Shown piece by piece: positions 26,096 to 39,722 of a stretch of 64,000 nucleotides of DNA (position 1 is the first letter of the stretch; each line of letters opens with the position of its first letter). The DNA lies in NCBI RefSeq assembly GCF_006345805.1, contig NC_043011.1:50046464-50110463 (forward strand), in the 5' to 3' direction. This DNA comes from Octopus sinensis. Lineage: Eukaryota. The position numbers and the translations under genes are program-made. The notes under the pieces were generated by a model. The model was not told where the DNA came from, searched no databases, and saw nothing but the letters and a program-made list of their open reading frames with translations.

Positions 26096-28145
26096 CGCAG
26101 AGAATGAGTAAGCATCTGGAAGAAAATAACCCGTTTCCAGATGAGCAGTAGGGTTGCTGCAAGGGCTCATATGGCTGTCAAGATCAGCTACTAATCAATA
26201 AAGCCATAACTGATAACAGCGATAGAAAGAAGAATGGTCTAAGTATGGCCTGGATCGATTACCGAAAGGTTTATGATAGTCTTCGACACACATGGATCCT
26301 AAAAGCATTAACCATGAACAAGGTCGCCCAAATAATCAGAAAATATATACAAAACATTCTATGAATAAATGGAAGACATTGCTAGAGCTCCAGACAAAAG
26401 AGGGTTTCATAAAATCCAAAGCAATCCCCATTAGAAGAGGAATATTCCAAGGAGAACGCTCTCTCCACTCCTTTTCTACTTGGGACTGACACCTTTATTT
26501 GGCATGCTAAACAGAACTGGATGCGCATACAACCGTTACGGCAAAACAATCAGCCATCTCTTGTATATGGAGGATCTATAACTGTAAGCTACAAATAATA
26601 AAGAGCTGGAAACTTTACTACAGACAATACATGGACTTACCAAAAATTTGGCTTAGAAAAATGTACCAAAAAAGCAACATTGGAAAGAGAAAAACTGGTT
26701 AAGAGAAACAATATTAGATAAAGCAAATGAAATAAGACAATTAGACTAAAGCCATACAAATACTTAGGAATCAATGAATTAGATACGATACAATACAAAC
26801 AAATCAAAGAGAAGATAAGAAAAGAATACTATAGATGAGTTAAATTAATACTGACAACAGAGCTCAATGCGGAAAACAAGATAATAGGTATCAACACTTT
26901 AGACATCCCAGCTACAATATTCTTAACTGGACCATAAGTGAACTAATCAAAACAGACAGGAAAGCAAGAAAAATGACGGGATTTAGGATGCACCACTCAA
27001 ATTCTGTCATAGAATGATTATATATACAACGTATAGAAGGAGATAGATGCCTTACACATTTACAAAAATATTACAAAATAACCAGCATAGGACTACAAAA
27101 ATACCGACTTGAGAAGCAAGGAAAACTAATGCAAATAACCACAAAACACGAACAAAACAAAAAAACTGTTTTCACCTTTTAAGGAAGTTGACCAATACAA
27201 AAAAAATGTCATAGTACCTAACAACTATGAAGACAAAAAAGAAAGAACAAAAGCTGTAAAACAACTCAAATCCAAACAGCAACGAATCGGGATAAAACGA
27301 TGGCAAAAAAAGCACCTTCGTGGCAAATACTGGGTTAAACTAAACAGAAAAAATAGACAAAGTAAAATCCCAACAATGGTGAGAATCTCAAGACTCAAAG
27401 CCGAGGCTGAAATATCTTTAATTGCAACACAAGATCAAAGCCGCACCAACGGAAATTACCAAAAGCATGTAATGAAAAGAAATACAACTGCAGAAGACGG
27501 AGAAGAAACAATATATTATATTGTCTCTGGCTGTCCAGTCCTGGCTAAGTAGGAATATATGCACAGACACGACAGAGATGGGATCTATATACACTGGAAG
27601 CTATGCCAACAATATGGAATGACAGCATAAAAAAGATGGTATTGGCACGCGCCAGAAAAGGTCACAGAAAATGAGAAAGCAACCATACTCTGGGATATGC
27701 CATGACACATATATAGAGAAATTAAGACCAATAGGCCGGATATAGTTGTCGGAGATCATGAAGAAAAAATACTTTCTAATCGATGTATTAACACCTACAG
27801 ATGGCAACGATTCTCTAAAAGAAATAGAGAAACTTTGAAAATACAAAGACCTGGAAATAGAGGTAACTCGAATGTGGAGTCTAAAAGCAGAAACAGTTTC
27901 CTGTCATTGTGGGTGCATTGGATATTAAAAAATATTCAGACAAATACATAACAAAAACACCAGGACTAACAAGTATATATAACATACAAAACATAATACT
28001 ACTAAACACTGCACACATCCTACGTAGAACACTTTCAATACAGTAAAAATAAGAGCATCACAACAAACCACATCACATACCCAAGACACAGAGAGCTGCG
28101 CTCGGAAGTGCTGTGAAAGCACGTGTTAAAAATAAGACTACTGAA
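26096..28145 (+). mobile_element. R4/Dong-clade element (Dong-A), 5'-truncated: RT, zinc-knuckle remnant, RLE, 3' UTR
   Basis: DEQ*GCCKGSYGCQDQLLINKAI...LSMAWIDYRKVYDS (RT); ETIYYIVSGCP; NRPDIVV..D....FLIDV..P (PD..D endonuclease); KYKDLEIEVTRMW. Begins after TAA and ends in an AAT/AAC tail. Many stops. Confidence 0.9.
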
Positions 28146-28169
28146 TAATAACAACAACAACAATAATAA

Positions 28170-28315
28170 TAAAATCGAAAAATACCATAGGGATGAGAAC
28201 CCAGGTTCGAAATTTCCTCATGATGAAGGCTGCAGGGTATATGATGAAGACAAATATCCGTCAAATGTAAATAATGTAAATAATGTACATAATTCCTCAT
28301 TTCTGAAATATAGAA
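28170..28315 (+). mobile_element. Family E fragment with the 5' half of a hammerhead-like core
   Basis: TGATGAAGGCTG at 28221-28232. Downstream AAATATCCGTCAAATGTAAATAATGTAAAT is shared with 29334-29363. Confidence 0.55.
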
Positions 28316-29182
28316 CTTCATTTCATGTTGCTCCAGTTTTCTAAACTACATACTGTAAAGCTAATTGTACCAACTAGTGACTGGTACATCTACGAGTACC
28401 AGCAATAGGCTGATATGAGCTTTACCATCCAATTGTTGCAGCATCTTTTTCTTTCCCGCCGGTTGTCAAATCGTAGATGTTCCACTTTGTCAAGATTATT
28501 ATGACCATCAGTGAAGTGACAGCTTAAATTTTCTTACATGCTGGTGTATTTTCTGTTTACAAGAATGTAGTATTTGCACATTTGTAATTCTTAGCGAATT
28601 AGTCAAGGTGCTTTCTCACCCACTTATCAACTACATTCCAACGGTAAGCAAGGTTTGCGTAGCACCACAATTATTTTGAACGATGATAGAATACTAGTGA
28701 TGAAACGCTGCATAGTTGATAGTTCCAGGTATTCTGCAGATTTTATCTCTTCCTTATAAAGGAAAATGGTTTTGTGGAAATAAATTTACGTATATGTGTT
28801 TACATTCACGCGTAGAACTTCAAAGGCATTTTTAACTCAATTCTGAAAAAGGTAAAACTTCAATCAGCTATCTGCAATCTGTAAAACTGAAGCTTCGAAC
28901 AGGTCTCAAAATAATATATATAACTCGCCAAATTCAAATTTGGGAGTTTTATAAGTAAACAATCTTGTAGATGAATTCTTTATTTATAAAAGTTTATCCT
29001 TGTAAAAATATAACGTATGGCCTGTTTTCCGAAATTTATTCATAATATCCTGACACTGTAATATTTTAAACATATATACGTATAATATAATGCTCTGTTT
29101 ACGGGAAGTACCACCACAACCATCGCCCTGGTAGCAAATAAATGAAATCCTTATTATTATTATTATTATTATTTTTTTTTTT

Positions 29183-29365
29183 TCAGGTCACTGCCTGGAA
29201 TCGAACTAGGAATCTTGGGGTTAGTAGCCCGCGCTTTTAAGCACTACGCCATATGCCTGTGGGCATATGACGTAGTGGTTAATAATATAAGAGGTTATAT
29301 CAGCCGAAACGTGTTAACAAACAAGATGAGGGAAAATATCCGTCAAATGTAAATAATGTAAATGA
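29183..29365. mobile_element. Family E: tRNA-like head (minus) joined head-to-head to a deleted plus copy carrying the 3' half of a hammerhead-like core
   Basis: Minus strand GGCGTAGTG..AAGCGCGGGCTACTAACCCCAAGATTCCTAGTTCGATTCCAGG (A and B boxes). Palindromic junction 29243-29276. TATATCAGCCGAAACGTG at 29296-29313. Confidence 0.6.
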
Positions 29366-29903
29366 AATGAAGTGACCTACCCAAGAACGCCATGTATCCT
29401 TCTGCCAAGGAATCGAATGTACGACCTGATGATTATCAGACCAAAACTAGGACATGCACCTTCTGGCAGCGCATGCCTCAGCTTCTTTCTACAGGGCCTC
29501 AAATCTTGTTCAGATACAAAATCATAAATTTCTACCAAAAGAGCGACCTTCCGATAGGGGTCAGTCCTAAATCTATATGAGCTGGCGTCAGAGTGCAATG
29601 TTCTGGACCTCACATTACACTATATCGATCATATGTTGATCACACCCTTTTGTTAACCAATTGAAGGGTCGAAGCCGTTGAACTGCACGAGACCATCAGA
29701 ATTTTTCCGAATAAACACCATGATAGATATCGGACATCCGACAAAGACTGATTCCATAAGCATAACCCTGTTTTTAAGGTGTCAGTTGATAGTATCGACT
29801 GCAATACTTGTTTCACTCTGGTACTCGTTTTACCGTTACATATTTGTCAGACCGCTAAGTCTCCCTTCTTGAGGTAGCGCTGGATATTGTTTTTGTAGAT
29901 ACC

Positions 29904-30135
29904 TATTTCTTTACTACCGACAAGGGGCTAAACACAGAGAGGACAAACAAGGACAGACAAAGGGATTAAGTCGATTATATCGACCCCAGTACATAACTGG
30001 TACTTATTTAATCGACCCCGAAAGGATGAAAGGCAAAAGTTGACCTCGGCGGAATTTGAACTCAGAACATAGCGTCAGATGAAATACTGCTCAGTATTTC
30101 GCCCGGCGTGCTAACGTTTCTACCAGCACACTGCC
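29904..30135 (-). mobile_element. SINE family B, tail-1 type, full length with 13-bp TSD
   Basis: TSD TTTTGTAGATACC at 29891-29903 and 30136-30148. Confidence 0.92.
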
Positions 30136-30494
30136 TTTTGTAGATACCGTGTTAGTTTACCGTGTTACCTTGCATAAAATTCAGTTACTCATACGTACAC
30201 AAATGTAAACACTCATGCATTAATAAGTGTTTGTGTGTCTAATCTCCAGATGCGATCATATATTAATATATAATGGAAAACTGGAAAAAGACAATGTAAA
30301 TAGATTTTCAGTCGATTATTTTCCTACCGAACAAAACATCTTATAGAATAATTTCCAAAAAAAATCTCAAATGCTGACACAGGAAACAAATTGAGACTCA
30401 TACGGGCATACATAGATATGAAGGCATACTTGCATACAGATGAAGACAAGCATCCACAATATGTAAGGCGGCGAGCTGGCAGAAACGTTGGCAC

Positions 30495-30930
<436 letters not shown>

Positions 30931-31105
30931 GCATATACATGTATACACACACACTCACACACAGAAACATACACACATATACAAATAATCATATACGCAA
31001 ACATGGATGCACCATTACGTATATATATATATATATATGTTTCTCTCTCTGTAATATAAATATATATATATATATTATATATATATAGATATATATATAT
31101 ATTAG

Positions 31106-31158
<53 letters not shown>

Positions 31159-31166
31159 ATTATATC

Positions 31167-31227
<61 letters not shown>

Positions 31228-31230
31228 CCT

Positions 31231-31303
<73 letters not shown>

Positions 31304-31340
31304 TATCTATATATTATATGTATATATATGTATATTATAT

Positions 31341-31376
<36 letters not shown>

Positions 31377-31384
31377 ATCTATAT

Positions 31385-31426
<42 letters not shown>

Positions 31427-32240
31427 CAAAAAAAAAGGTGGAGACAGAGAGAGTGAGAGAGAGGAGATAGAGGTGGGGAGAGAAATAAAGAAAGAAAGAG
31501 ATATGTAAATAAACATGTGTGCGTGTGAACATGCAAAAAAGTTTGTTTCAACGTAAATGTTAGCGCCTGATTCTGTCAATATTATTATTGTATTCTATCC
31601 AATTGAGAGCTCAATAAAAGAAATACAATGTGATAATACCCTATCATATTGCTGAATATTTTAAAGAATATCAGTAGAGGAAAATAACTTATATCAACAT
31701 AACAATAGTTCTTGTAAAAGATGACAAGATCGATGGATTGTCAGTTCTGAAACCAAATTTCACGTCGTCTCATTGCGTGTCATTGATAGCAGGTTCTGGC
31801 GTCATTTGAATATTTTACGCTCTCCCTTCAAAGGTAGAGTAGATCTGAATATCGACTGTCTGTCTGTGTGTGTCTGTTTATCTGTGTGTCTGTGTGTCTC
31901 GCATCTGTCTGTCTGTCTGTCTGTTAGTCACTCTATATCTCTCTCTCACCTTCTCTACCGTACTCACAAACATATGTCTATCTATCTCCCTATTGATCGT
32001 TTTTTTCCTTTCCCTTTTACGATCCCTTTTGATCGAAAACCTACCCCACTTTTTATTCTCTCCCCAAAAAGAAAAGCTCTACTTTGTAATCTGTCCCCTC
32101 TGTGTGCAGCCCTGTGTGGCTAATAAAGAAACATATATATCTATACGTTATCTATCCATCCCTCAGTTTATGTATCTATGTATGTATTTGTACATCTGTC
32201 TATCTGTCTGTCTGTCCTCTGTCGGTTCTCCATCCATTAT

Positions 32241-32318
<78 letters not shown>

Positions 32319-32813
32319 CATCCATCCATCCATCCATTCATCCATCCATCAATCCATCTCTCTCTCTCTCTCTATCTATCTATCCATCTATCTATTTAGC
32401 TATCTGTCTATTTATCTGTCTGTCTATCTGCCTATCATCTATCTATCTAGCTGTCTGTCTGCCTACCTGCCTGCCTGCCTGCTTGCCTGTCTGTCTTCCT
32501 GTCTGCCTGTCTGTCTATCTATATATGTTATACACTGACAGACACACACATACTTACGCACACACATATATATGTACTTATGTGTGTTCGTATGTATGTA
32601 TATATAAATATGTGTGTATGCATACCTGTGTGGTCTATGTTTGTGTGTATATGTATGCACCTGTGTATCCATCTCCCACTTTCAGACAGTCCGTGATTTG
32701 GATTTTATTTTATTTTTGTAAAGTCGAACATTATGGCGAAAATAAACCGACTGAATAAGTACCAGATTTAATACAAATTCCGAAATCAATTTGATCGACT
32801 AAATTTTCAAAAC

Positions 32814-32867
32814 ATTGCGTCAGAATGGCCGTGTCCAGTGAAGTATAAGAATAATAATTGTATGTAC

Positions 32868-32925
<58 letters not shown>

Positions 32926-33016
32926 CGCAGAATCCTTTGCGTCCTGTTTTTCTTTTGATATATTGCGTCAGAATGGCCGTGTCCAGTGAAGTATAAGAAT
33001 AATGAATTGTATGTAC

Positions 33017-33064
<48 letters not shown>

Positions 33065-33103
33065 ACCGCAGAATCCTTTGCGTCCTGTTTTTTCTTTTGA
33101 TAT
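32814..33103 (+). repeat. 148-bp tandem duplication containing an internal (TA)n
   Basis: ATTGCGTCAGAATGGCCG starts at 32814 and again at 32962. Confidence 0.9.
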
Positions 33104-33696
33104 ATATATATCATACATAATACATATATATATATACATAATACATATATATCATACATATATACATAATACATATATATCATACATAATACATATATAT
33201 ATGTATATTTATGTGTGTGTGTGTGTGTAGATACATATTTTGTGTGCGTATATATGTATGTATCTATCAGTTTCTTTACACGGCTCTATATGATGACAGC
33301 TGGCTATGTTTATTTCTGAAAATTACAAAGCTTGACAAAATTAAAAATTGAAATCACAATTATTTTAAAAAAAATCAATTCTGGGTGTCGAGGAAAAGCT
33401 GGAGATGAAGACAAAGGACAATTGACAGATCAATTATTTTCAATGATTCTCTTTCATCTGTTTTCGATGTTCTGTCGATACGAAACGATTATTACAGCTT
33501 TTGATAAAAGGAACCCACATTACTAATATTGTCACTAAATTTATTATCCCGCTGTTTCATAAATATATAAACCGTTAAATTGTGACATGGACTGGACTTG
33601 CTACACACTTCTTCCTCAGACCGGTCGTGTTTCTTCAATTAAGTCGCGCCTTAATATAAATGGGCAGTCTATTTTTATTTGATGGGAGGATATTTG

Positions 33697-33885
33697 TCCA
33701 CGAGTCACCGGCAGGGGATGGTGACGACCCCTGTTGTACTCTTTCGCCACAACTTTCTCTCAATCTTTCTTTCTGCTTCTTGAGTAACGCTGCAATGGAC
33801 TGGTGTCCCGTCCAGCTGGGAGGAACACATACACAACAGAAATGGGGCCCAAGAACCTGGCTAAGCTTGAAAAGGGCGACGTTTA
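33697..33885 (+). mobile_element. SINE family D 3' part (tail-1)
   Basis: Matches the reverse complement of 47497-47690 (CTGCAATGGACTGGTGTCCCGTCCAGCTGGG). Confidence 0.8.
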
Positions 33886-33897
33886 TCTATTTATCTA

Positions 33898-33968
<71 letters not shown>

Positions 33969-34855
33969 TAATATAATGTATGTATGTATATTTATATATA
34001 TATATGTATATATTTCGCGTGTGTTGCCTATGGAAACATTTTCAACTGGTACTATTTCAACGAAATGTTTTGACCATATTCGTCGTGTTCCGAATTTTAT
34101 CGGTCAATCTCTTGGACTTCGTTGTTCATCAAATTAAGTGAACAGACCAATTCACAGAGGATTCTGCTGGAAACCTGTGACCAACAACACAACAGTTTAC
34201 AGTTTGTCGTCGAAAATAAATAAATACCAGAAATATACTAAAATATTAAATGAACAATTCTTTCTTAGAAATAACAAAATACACGCAAAAACTACAAGAA
34301 ACTGTACTATATAATTTCTAATCGCTGTCATCACTAACATTTTTATAATTTCTACTAATACATCATCAATCATTTAATGCCAAATTTAATTCATACTTGC
34401 AACTTCCTAAAGCGTTCTTAATCTCCAAGACGGCTTTGTAATTCTTTTAAATCGTATGGAAATCGAAGGAATTGACTTAAATAATTGATTAGCCTTTAGT
34501 CGCTTTCAGTTATGTCTTCCGTTAATTTATTTACATATTTTTTGATAATTATATTTGGTATTATCGTTGGTGTTATTGTTGTTGTTGTTGGCGGTGGTGG
34601 TGATGGTTTTTAACATTTATTTGATTAGAAACCGAAAATAAAATCTTATGCAATAACAAAAAAAAATGAATTAAAATATCTGTTAATTTTAAGTTAGTTA
34701 AATAATAAAGTATAAAATAATAATTATGCATATAATAACAGTGTGATGTGTTAACGTTCTTCAGTTTCTGATTTATTTATTTTGACAAACTTCTGGAAAT
34801 ATTCATTTGTTTTCCGATGCATCAACAAAAGTTTTGCTACACCGTAACAGTATCT

Positions 34856-35259
34856 ATTTCTTTACTACCCACAAGGGGCTAAACACAAAGAGGACAAACA
34901 AGCGGATTAAATCGATTATATCGACTCCAGTGCGTAACTGGTACTTATTTAATCGACCCCGAAAGGATGAAAGGCAAAGTCGAACTCGGTGGATTTTGAA
35001 CCCAGAACGTAGCGGCAGACGAAATACCTATTTCTTTATTACCCACAAGGGGCTAAACACAGAGAGGACAAACAAGGACAGACATAGGTATTAAGTCGAT
35101 TACATCGACCCCAGTGCGTAACTGGTACTTAATTTATCGATCCCGAAAAGATGAAAGGCAAAGTCGACCTCGGCGGAATTTGAACCCAGAACGTAGCGGC
35201 AGACGAAATACCGCTAAGCATTTTGCCCGGCGTGCTAACGTTTCTGCCAGCTCGCCACC
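34856..35259 (-). mobile_element. SINE family B dimer (full copy plus 5'-truncated copy), tail-1
   Basis: Two tandem cores joined at GAAATACC|TATTTC (35028/35029). Flanked by TAACAGTATC and TAATAGTATC (likely TSD). Confidence 0.88.
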
Positions 35260-35282
35260 ATAATAGTATCTGCCAACATTTC

Positions 35283-35548
35283 ACTTTGCCTTTCAACCTT
35301 TCGGAGTCGATAAAACAAGAACCAGATGTGTCCTGCGGTCGACGTAATCGACTTACCCATTTCACTGGTATTATTATCATTGTTGTTGTTGTTGTAACTC
35401 TAGGTTTTCAAATGCTGCTGAAGTCGACTTTGCCTTTTACCATATCGGGGCCGACAAAATAAGTCCCAGTTGAGTACTGGTGTCGATTTAATCGACAAGC
35501 TCCTTCACTAAAATTTCAGGCTTTGTGTCTATAGCAGAAAATATTATT
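35283..35548 (+). mobile_element. Two decayed SINE family B fragments (second has tail-2)
   Basis: Core matches at 35283-35365 and 35398-35548. Confidence 0.65.
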
Positions 35549-35549
35549 T

Positions 35550-37140
35550 TTTTGCTTGTTTTTACTCAGTGTTTGTTGGAACTCCCGGTGTCTTGCATGC
35601 GTAGTGGACATGCTACCTGCGGCCTACGGTACCATGCTATATGTTCTTTTCAACTATCTAATACTCTCCTGATGATCCTGGCCGTGCCAAGGTGGAAAAC
35701 CTATTGCAACACCTCCACTGGACACTCTATTCCGATTTCCTTCATATTCTACTTGATGCAGTCTGACACTGTCACCAAACACCCGATAGCAACTGACCCT
35801 GTCTTCACCTCCTTCATTTTCTATAGGTGGGCTGTCTCGTATTTAAGAATATTGCTTAAGTTTATCTTTTCCCATTCCTTCTTGACTCTTCGTGAGTCAA
35901 AGGGGTAGCAACATCAATTATACAATGAGACACTTTCGCTACTTCATTGTGTCGCCACAACTTACAACGGTTTTGAAAAGTCTAGGGCATTCGTTTACGA
36001 CATGGGCAATGGTTTCATCAACTCTATTACATATACGACACAGAGGGGACTCTTGCTCATTCCTAAGTTTGAGTCTCCATTTTGTGGTCAAAGCTTGGTC
36101 TTGCACTACTCTCAAACTCATTTTTCCAGTCTTCTTTTCCTAAGTCAGTCCCTTCAATGTTCGCCAGCAATTTGAGTTGTGGCTACATGGAATTGATTGT
36201 ATAGGCCTTGTTGCGTAGTGTTTCACATCCTGTTTGTACTTCTTGTTTTACTCTTTCCTTTTATTCTGTTTTTAATACTCCCCCATCCCTAATTGACAGT
36301 AGCAATATTTCCTTACTTTGGGATAGGTATCTCAGTAAGCTCCCGAGTTCGGCACGTACGCAGGCTTCCACACTTATTACTTCGCCCCTCCTCCATTTGG
36401 CCTCTTCATGTATGGAAGACCAGTGTTTGCATTCGGATGGAGTCCATGCATTGCTTTCTTGTCTTCTTGTCCAATTCCTTTAACTCTTCCTCGGTCCATT
36501 TCAGAATTTCAGTGCCATTCAGGACCACTTTAATATTGACTTCTACAATATTTCAAAACAAAGATAAGTGGAGATACACTGTCCCACTGGAAGATTCCTC
36601 ACCTAATTTTCACTTCTCCTAATATCTGATCCCCTGCTACCAATTCTGTTCTTCAACCTTTCCTTCTGTTCCATACAAGGCATCACATATTTTCAGCTAC
36701 TCCTTACATTTCTATAGTTATTGTCATGCAAAGTGTTTGGCATCATAATATATACTTTATGATAATAAGGCGGCGAGCTGGCAGAAACGTTAGCACGCCG
36801 GGCGAAATTCGTAGCCGTATTTCGTCTGACGTTGCGTTCCGAGTTCAAATTCCGCCGAGGTCGACTTTGCCTTTCATCCTTTCGGGGTCGACAAATTAAG
36901 TACCAGTTACGCACTGGGGTCGATGTAATCGACTTAATCCCTTTGTCTGTCCTTGTTTGTCCCCTCTGTGTTTAGCCCCTTGTGGGTAGTAAAGAAATAT
37001 ATATACTTTACGATAATCAATCCGTGTCATGCTCAGATTCGTGTGTCTTCTATTGCAGTTGCTGAGGATTCGTCTACCAATTAACAACTGAGCTTTCGTT
37101 TCTCGATTCCTCTTTTGCACCCTTTCTGTTCAAAAGTAAA
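35550..37140 (-). mobile_element. R4/Dong-clade element (third subfamily), internally deleted and interrupted by a SINE
   Basis: Minus-strand EQKGCKR, AQLLIGRRILSNCNRRHTNLSMTRIDYRKVY, QDQALTT, CRICNRVDETIAHVVNEC (CCHC knuckle), and C-terminal LGTARIIRRVLDS*. Confidence 0.85.
36767..36999 (+). mobile_element. SINE family B, tail-1, full length, nested in the Dong RT
   Basis: 18-bp TSD TATATACTTTA(T/C)GATAAT at 36749-36766 and 37000-37017. Confidence 0.93.
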
Positions 37141-37604
37141 AGGATATGAGCCTCGACCAGTTCCTATCAAAAGACGCACGAGACAAATTCCTGGTGAAGA
37201 CCACATCCAAACCGTGTAAACTTATGCTGTCATAGTTCCTGCATTGAATCTTATCTATATAATGAATATTTGGTGAATTCTGTAAAGTGAATTTCTAGAC
37301 AGTAAAAAATCTATGAAATAGACCCCCACCGTTTATTCTCCATTCCATATATCAGTATCAAAAGTCGTTTGCATAAGTGCACGCACATTAGGGGCAATTT
37401 CAATTCAAAGTATCTCACCTGAAGACATCATCTTAACAGACTTATTGGTGAAAGCGTTTAAGTTCAAGTGAATTCTCGAACGCAAGGTCTTAGCCTCATT
37501 ATAATGAACCGTTTGTACAAGATAAATTGAGGGATGTTTTATTCAGATTTATGGTTAAAAGCTGATAGTGAGGAGATAGATAGATAGATAGATAGAGAGA
37601 TAGA

Positions 37605-37668
<64 letters not shown>

Positions 37669-38732
37669 AGAAACTTTATGGATCTTCTTTGTTGCCCTCT
37701 TCGTTGACTAGTATCAAAATGGGAACATTCGGAACTCGGGCAGTGGTGACACTTCAGGGAAATTAAACAAAGTGATTTTCCTAGACACTTCCCGATTTAT
37801 GAATCCGTTGAAAACCATGGATAACAAAAATAGGTAAGTGACCATGTTTTCTAGTTAAGTTGCCCATAGAAACGGGCTCATCGCAAGATCTCAAGATGAG
37901 AAAATTGTTTCTTGTGATTATGAGTAAAGTAGTATGAGCTTACATTAAAGCAGGTATGTCCCAATTCCAGATCTAATGCAACTGATACCAAACTTAAAAC
38001 TATAGCAATTCAAAAACAATGTCAGCAATACAAAAGGGTAAATAAATGCCTACATCCATGAATAGGGAACCGGGATTTAGTTCCCAATTAATTGCAGCAA
38101 GTGAAATCTGTTATAGGCAAGCAAAAGCAACGTGGAACAGTGATAGGAATTAAATCCAATGTATTGAGGATACACTCAGATATATAAAGTGAACGGGCGT
38201 GATATTTATGGTGCGAATGGGCACACAATAAAGGGAGAAGGAGCTGGCATACAAAAGAGGGAGGACGTGGCTATAAGATACAAGGTGTGAGTGGGTGTTG
38301 TATATAACAATAAACATAAAAGACTCTCAGAAAATAGGAATTTCTATTCATTTTTCCGTTTAAATCTTGCTTCCATTGTAGTATAAATAATGTGATTTCG
38401 AATATTTCAGTTATATTGTTGAAATCACAATTTCATTTGTAATGTTATCTTCAGACGCCAGATGAATCCATGTATTATATTTGTTTAAATTTCCATTCGG
38501 GCCTTAACGTCAATACCTTCCGTTTTAAATCATTGTCGAAGAATAAAGAAATATAAAAGAGAAAGAGAGACAGAAAGACTTCGGTTGAATAATATTAAGT
38601 AGGATATCGAATCCATTGTGTATTATTCAACAGACTTATGTGATGCGAATAATATACGATGAGAAAACTTAATCAATAACTCATCATCAACAGTTCCCAT
38701 AGATACATTATTACGTCTATGTGTGCATATAT

Positions 38733-38791
<59 letters not shown>

Positions 38792-38842
38792 CATATTATA
38801 CATATATATTACATATGTGTATGTATGATATATGCGTTTATA

Positions 38843-38909
<67 letters not shown>

Positions 38910-39331
38910 ATTATATGTATTTATATATTGGGATATATGTATACATGTGATTTTATATATATGGAATTACATGTCTATATGCTCATGCAGATTGGTGTGT
39001 GTATGTGTGTAAAATTGACTGTTGTATGAATAGAACTACATGTGTTAATGCATGAGTATATTCTTCTCTGTCGTTTATCTCGAAGAATTGTATTGTTGGT
39101 TACAGGTTTCCAATAAACGTGGTTATAGTTTACAATTGAGTGCCTTTACGGATCGGGTGGGACTAATATTGTAATGCAGTTTCGTTTTATAGACCCTGTT
39201 ATATCTCGGCAACGGCAACGAATGTTACGAACACATAAATGTACAAAGAAGCACACACGCACACACACACGTGTTTATGTATAGCTTAGCCATATGAACA
39301 CTCATAAACACACAGCATAACAGATGTTTGA

Positions 39332-39370
<39 letters not shown>

Positions 39371-39373
39371 GTG

Positions 39374-39404
<31 letters not shown>

Positions 39405-39587
39405 TGTGTGGTGTGAGTGTGAATATGAGGGCTTTAGGTCACTGCTGAGCTAAACCAGTGGTTCCCTATCTTTTCACATTGGTGTCCAGCCCGTTTATTT
39501 AAATGTGTTTTGCCAATGACTCCTTTGCTATCCTTATCCTTATGTGCGTGTGTGTGTATATATATATACGTTTATTTTCTCGTGTTC

Positions 39588-39625
39588 TTTTCTGTTGAAG
39601 AGAACAGGCTCGAAACGTAAAAGAC
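39588..39625 (+). ncRNA. Minimal type-I hammerhead-ribozyme-like motif (A6U core variant) in a short TA-embedded repeat
   Basis: TTTT-CTGTTGA-A-GAG-aacagg-CTC-GAAAC-GTA-AAAG: stem II, GAAAC/GTH and a weak stem I are present, but the core deviates from CUGANGA. Confidence 0.45.
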
Positions 39626-39722
39626 TCTCTCACCTTCCCGAGCATTACACCTGTTTGTTGTTTATACACCTGTTTTCGTCTTTTGTATTTTTGTAAATTC
39701 GAACTATATATATATATAAAAA

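Noticed and set aside
29185-29255. Functional tRNA gene
   Set aside because: A/B boxes are present but the anticodon stem has only 3 pairs and the acceptor stem does not close; treated as a retroelement head.
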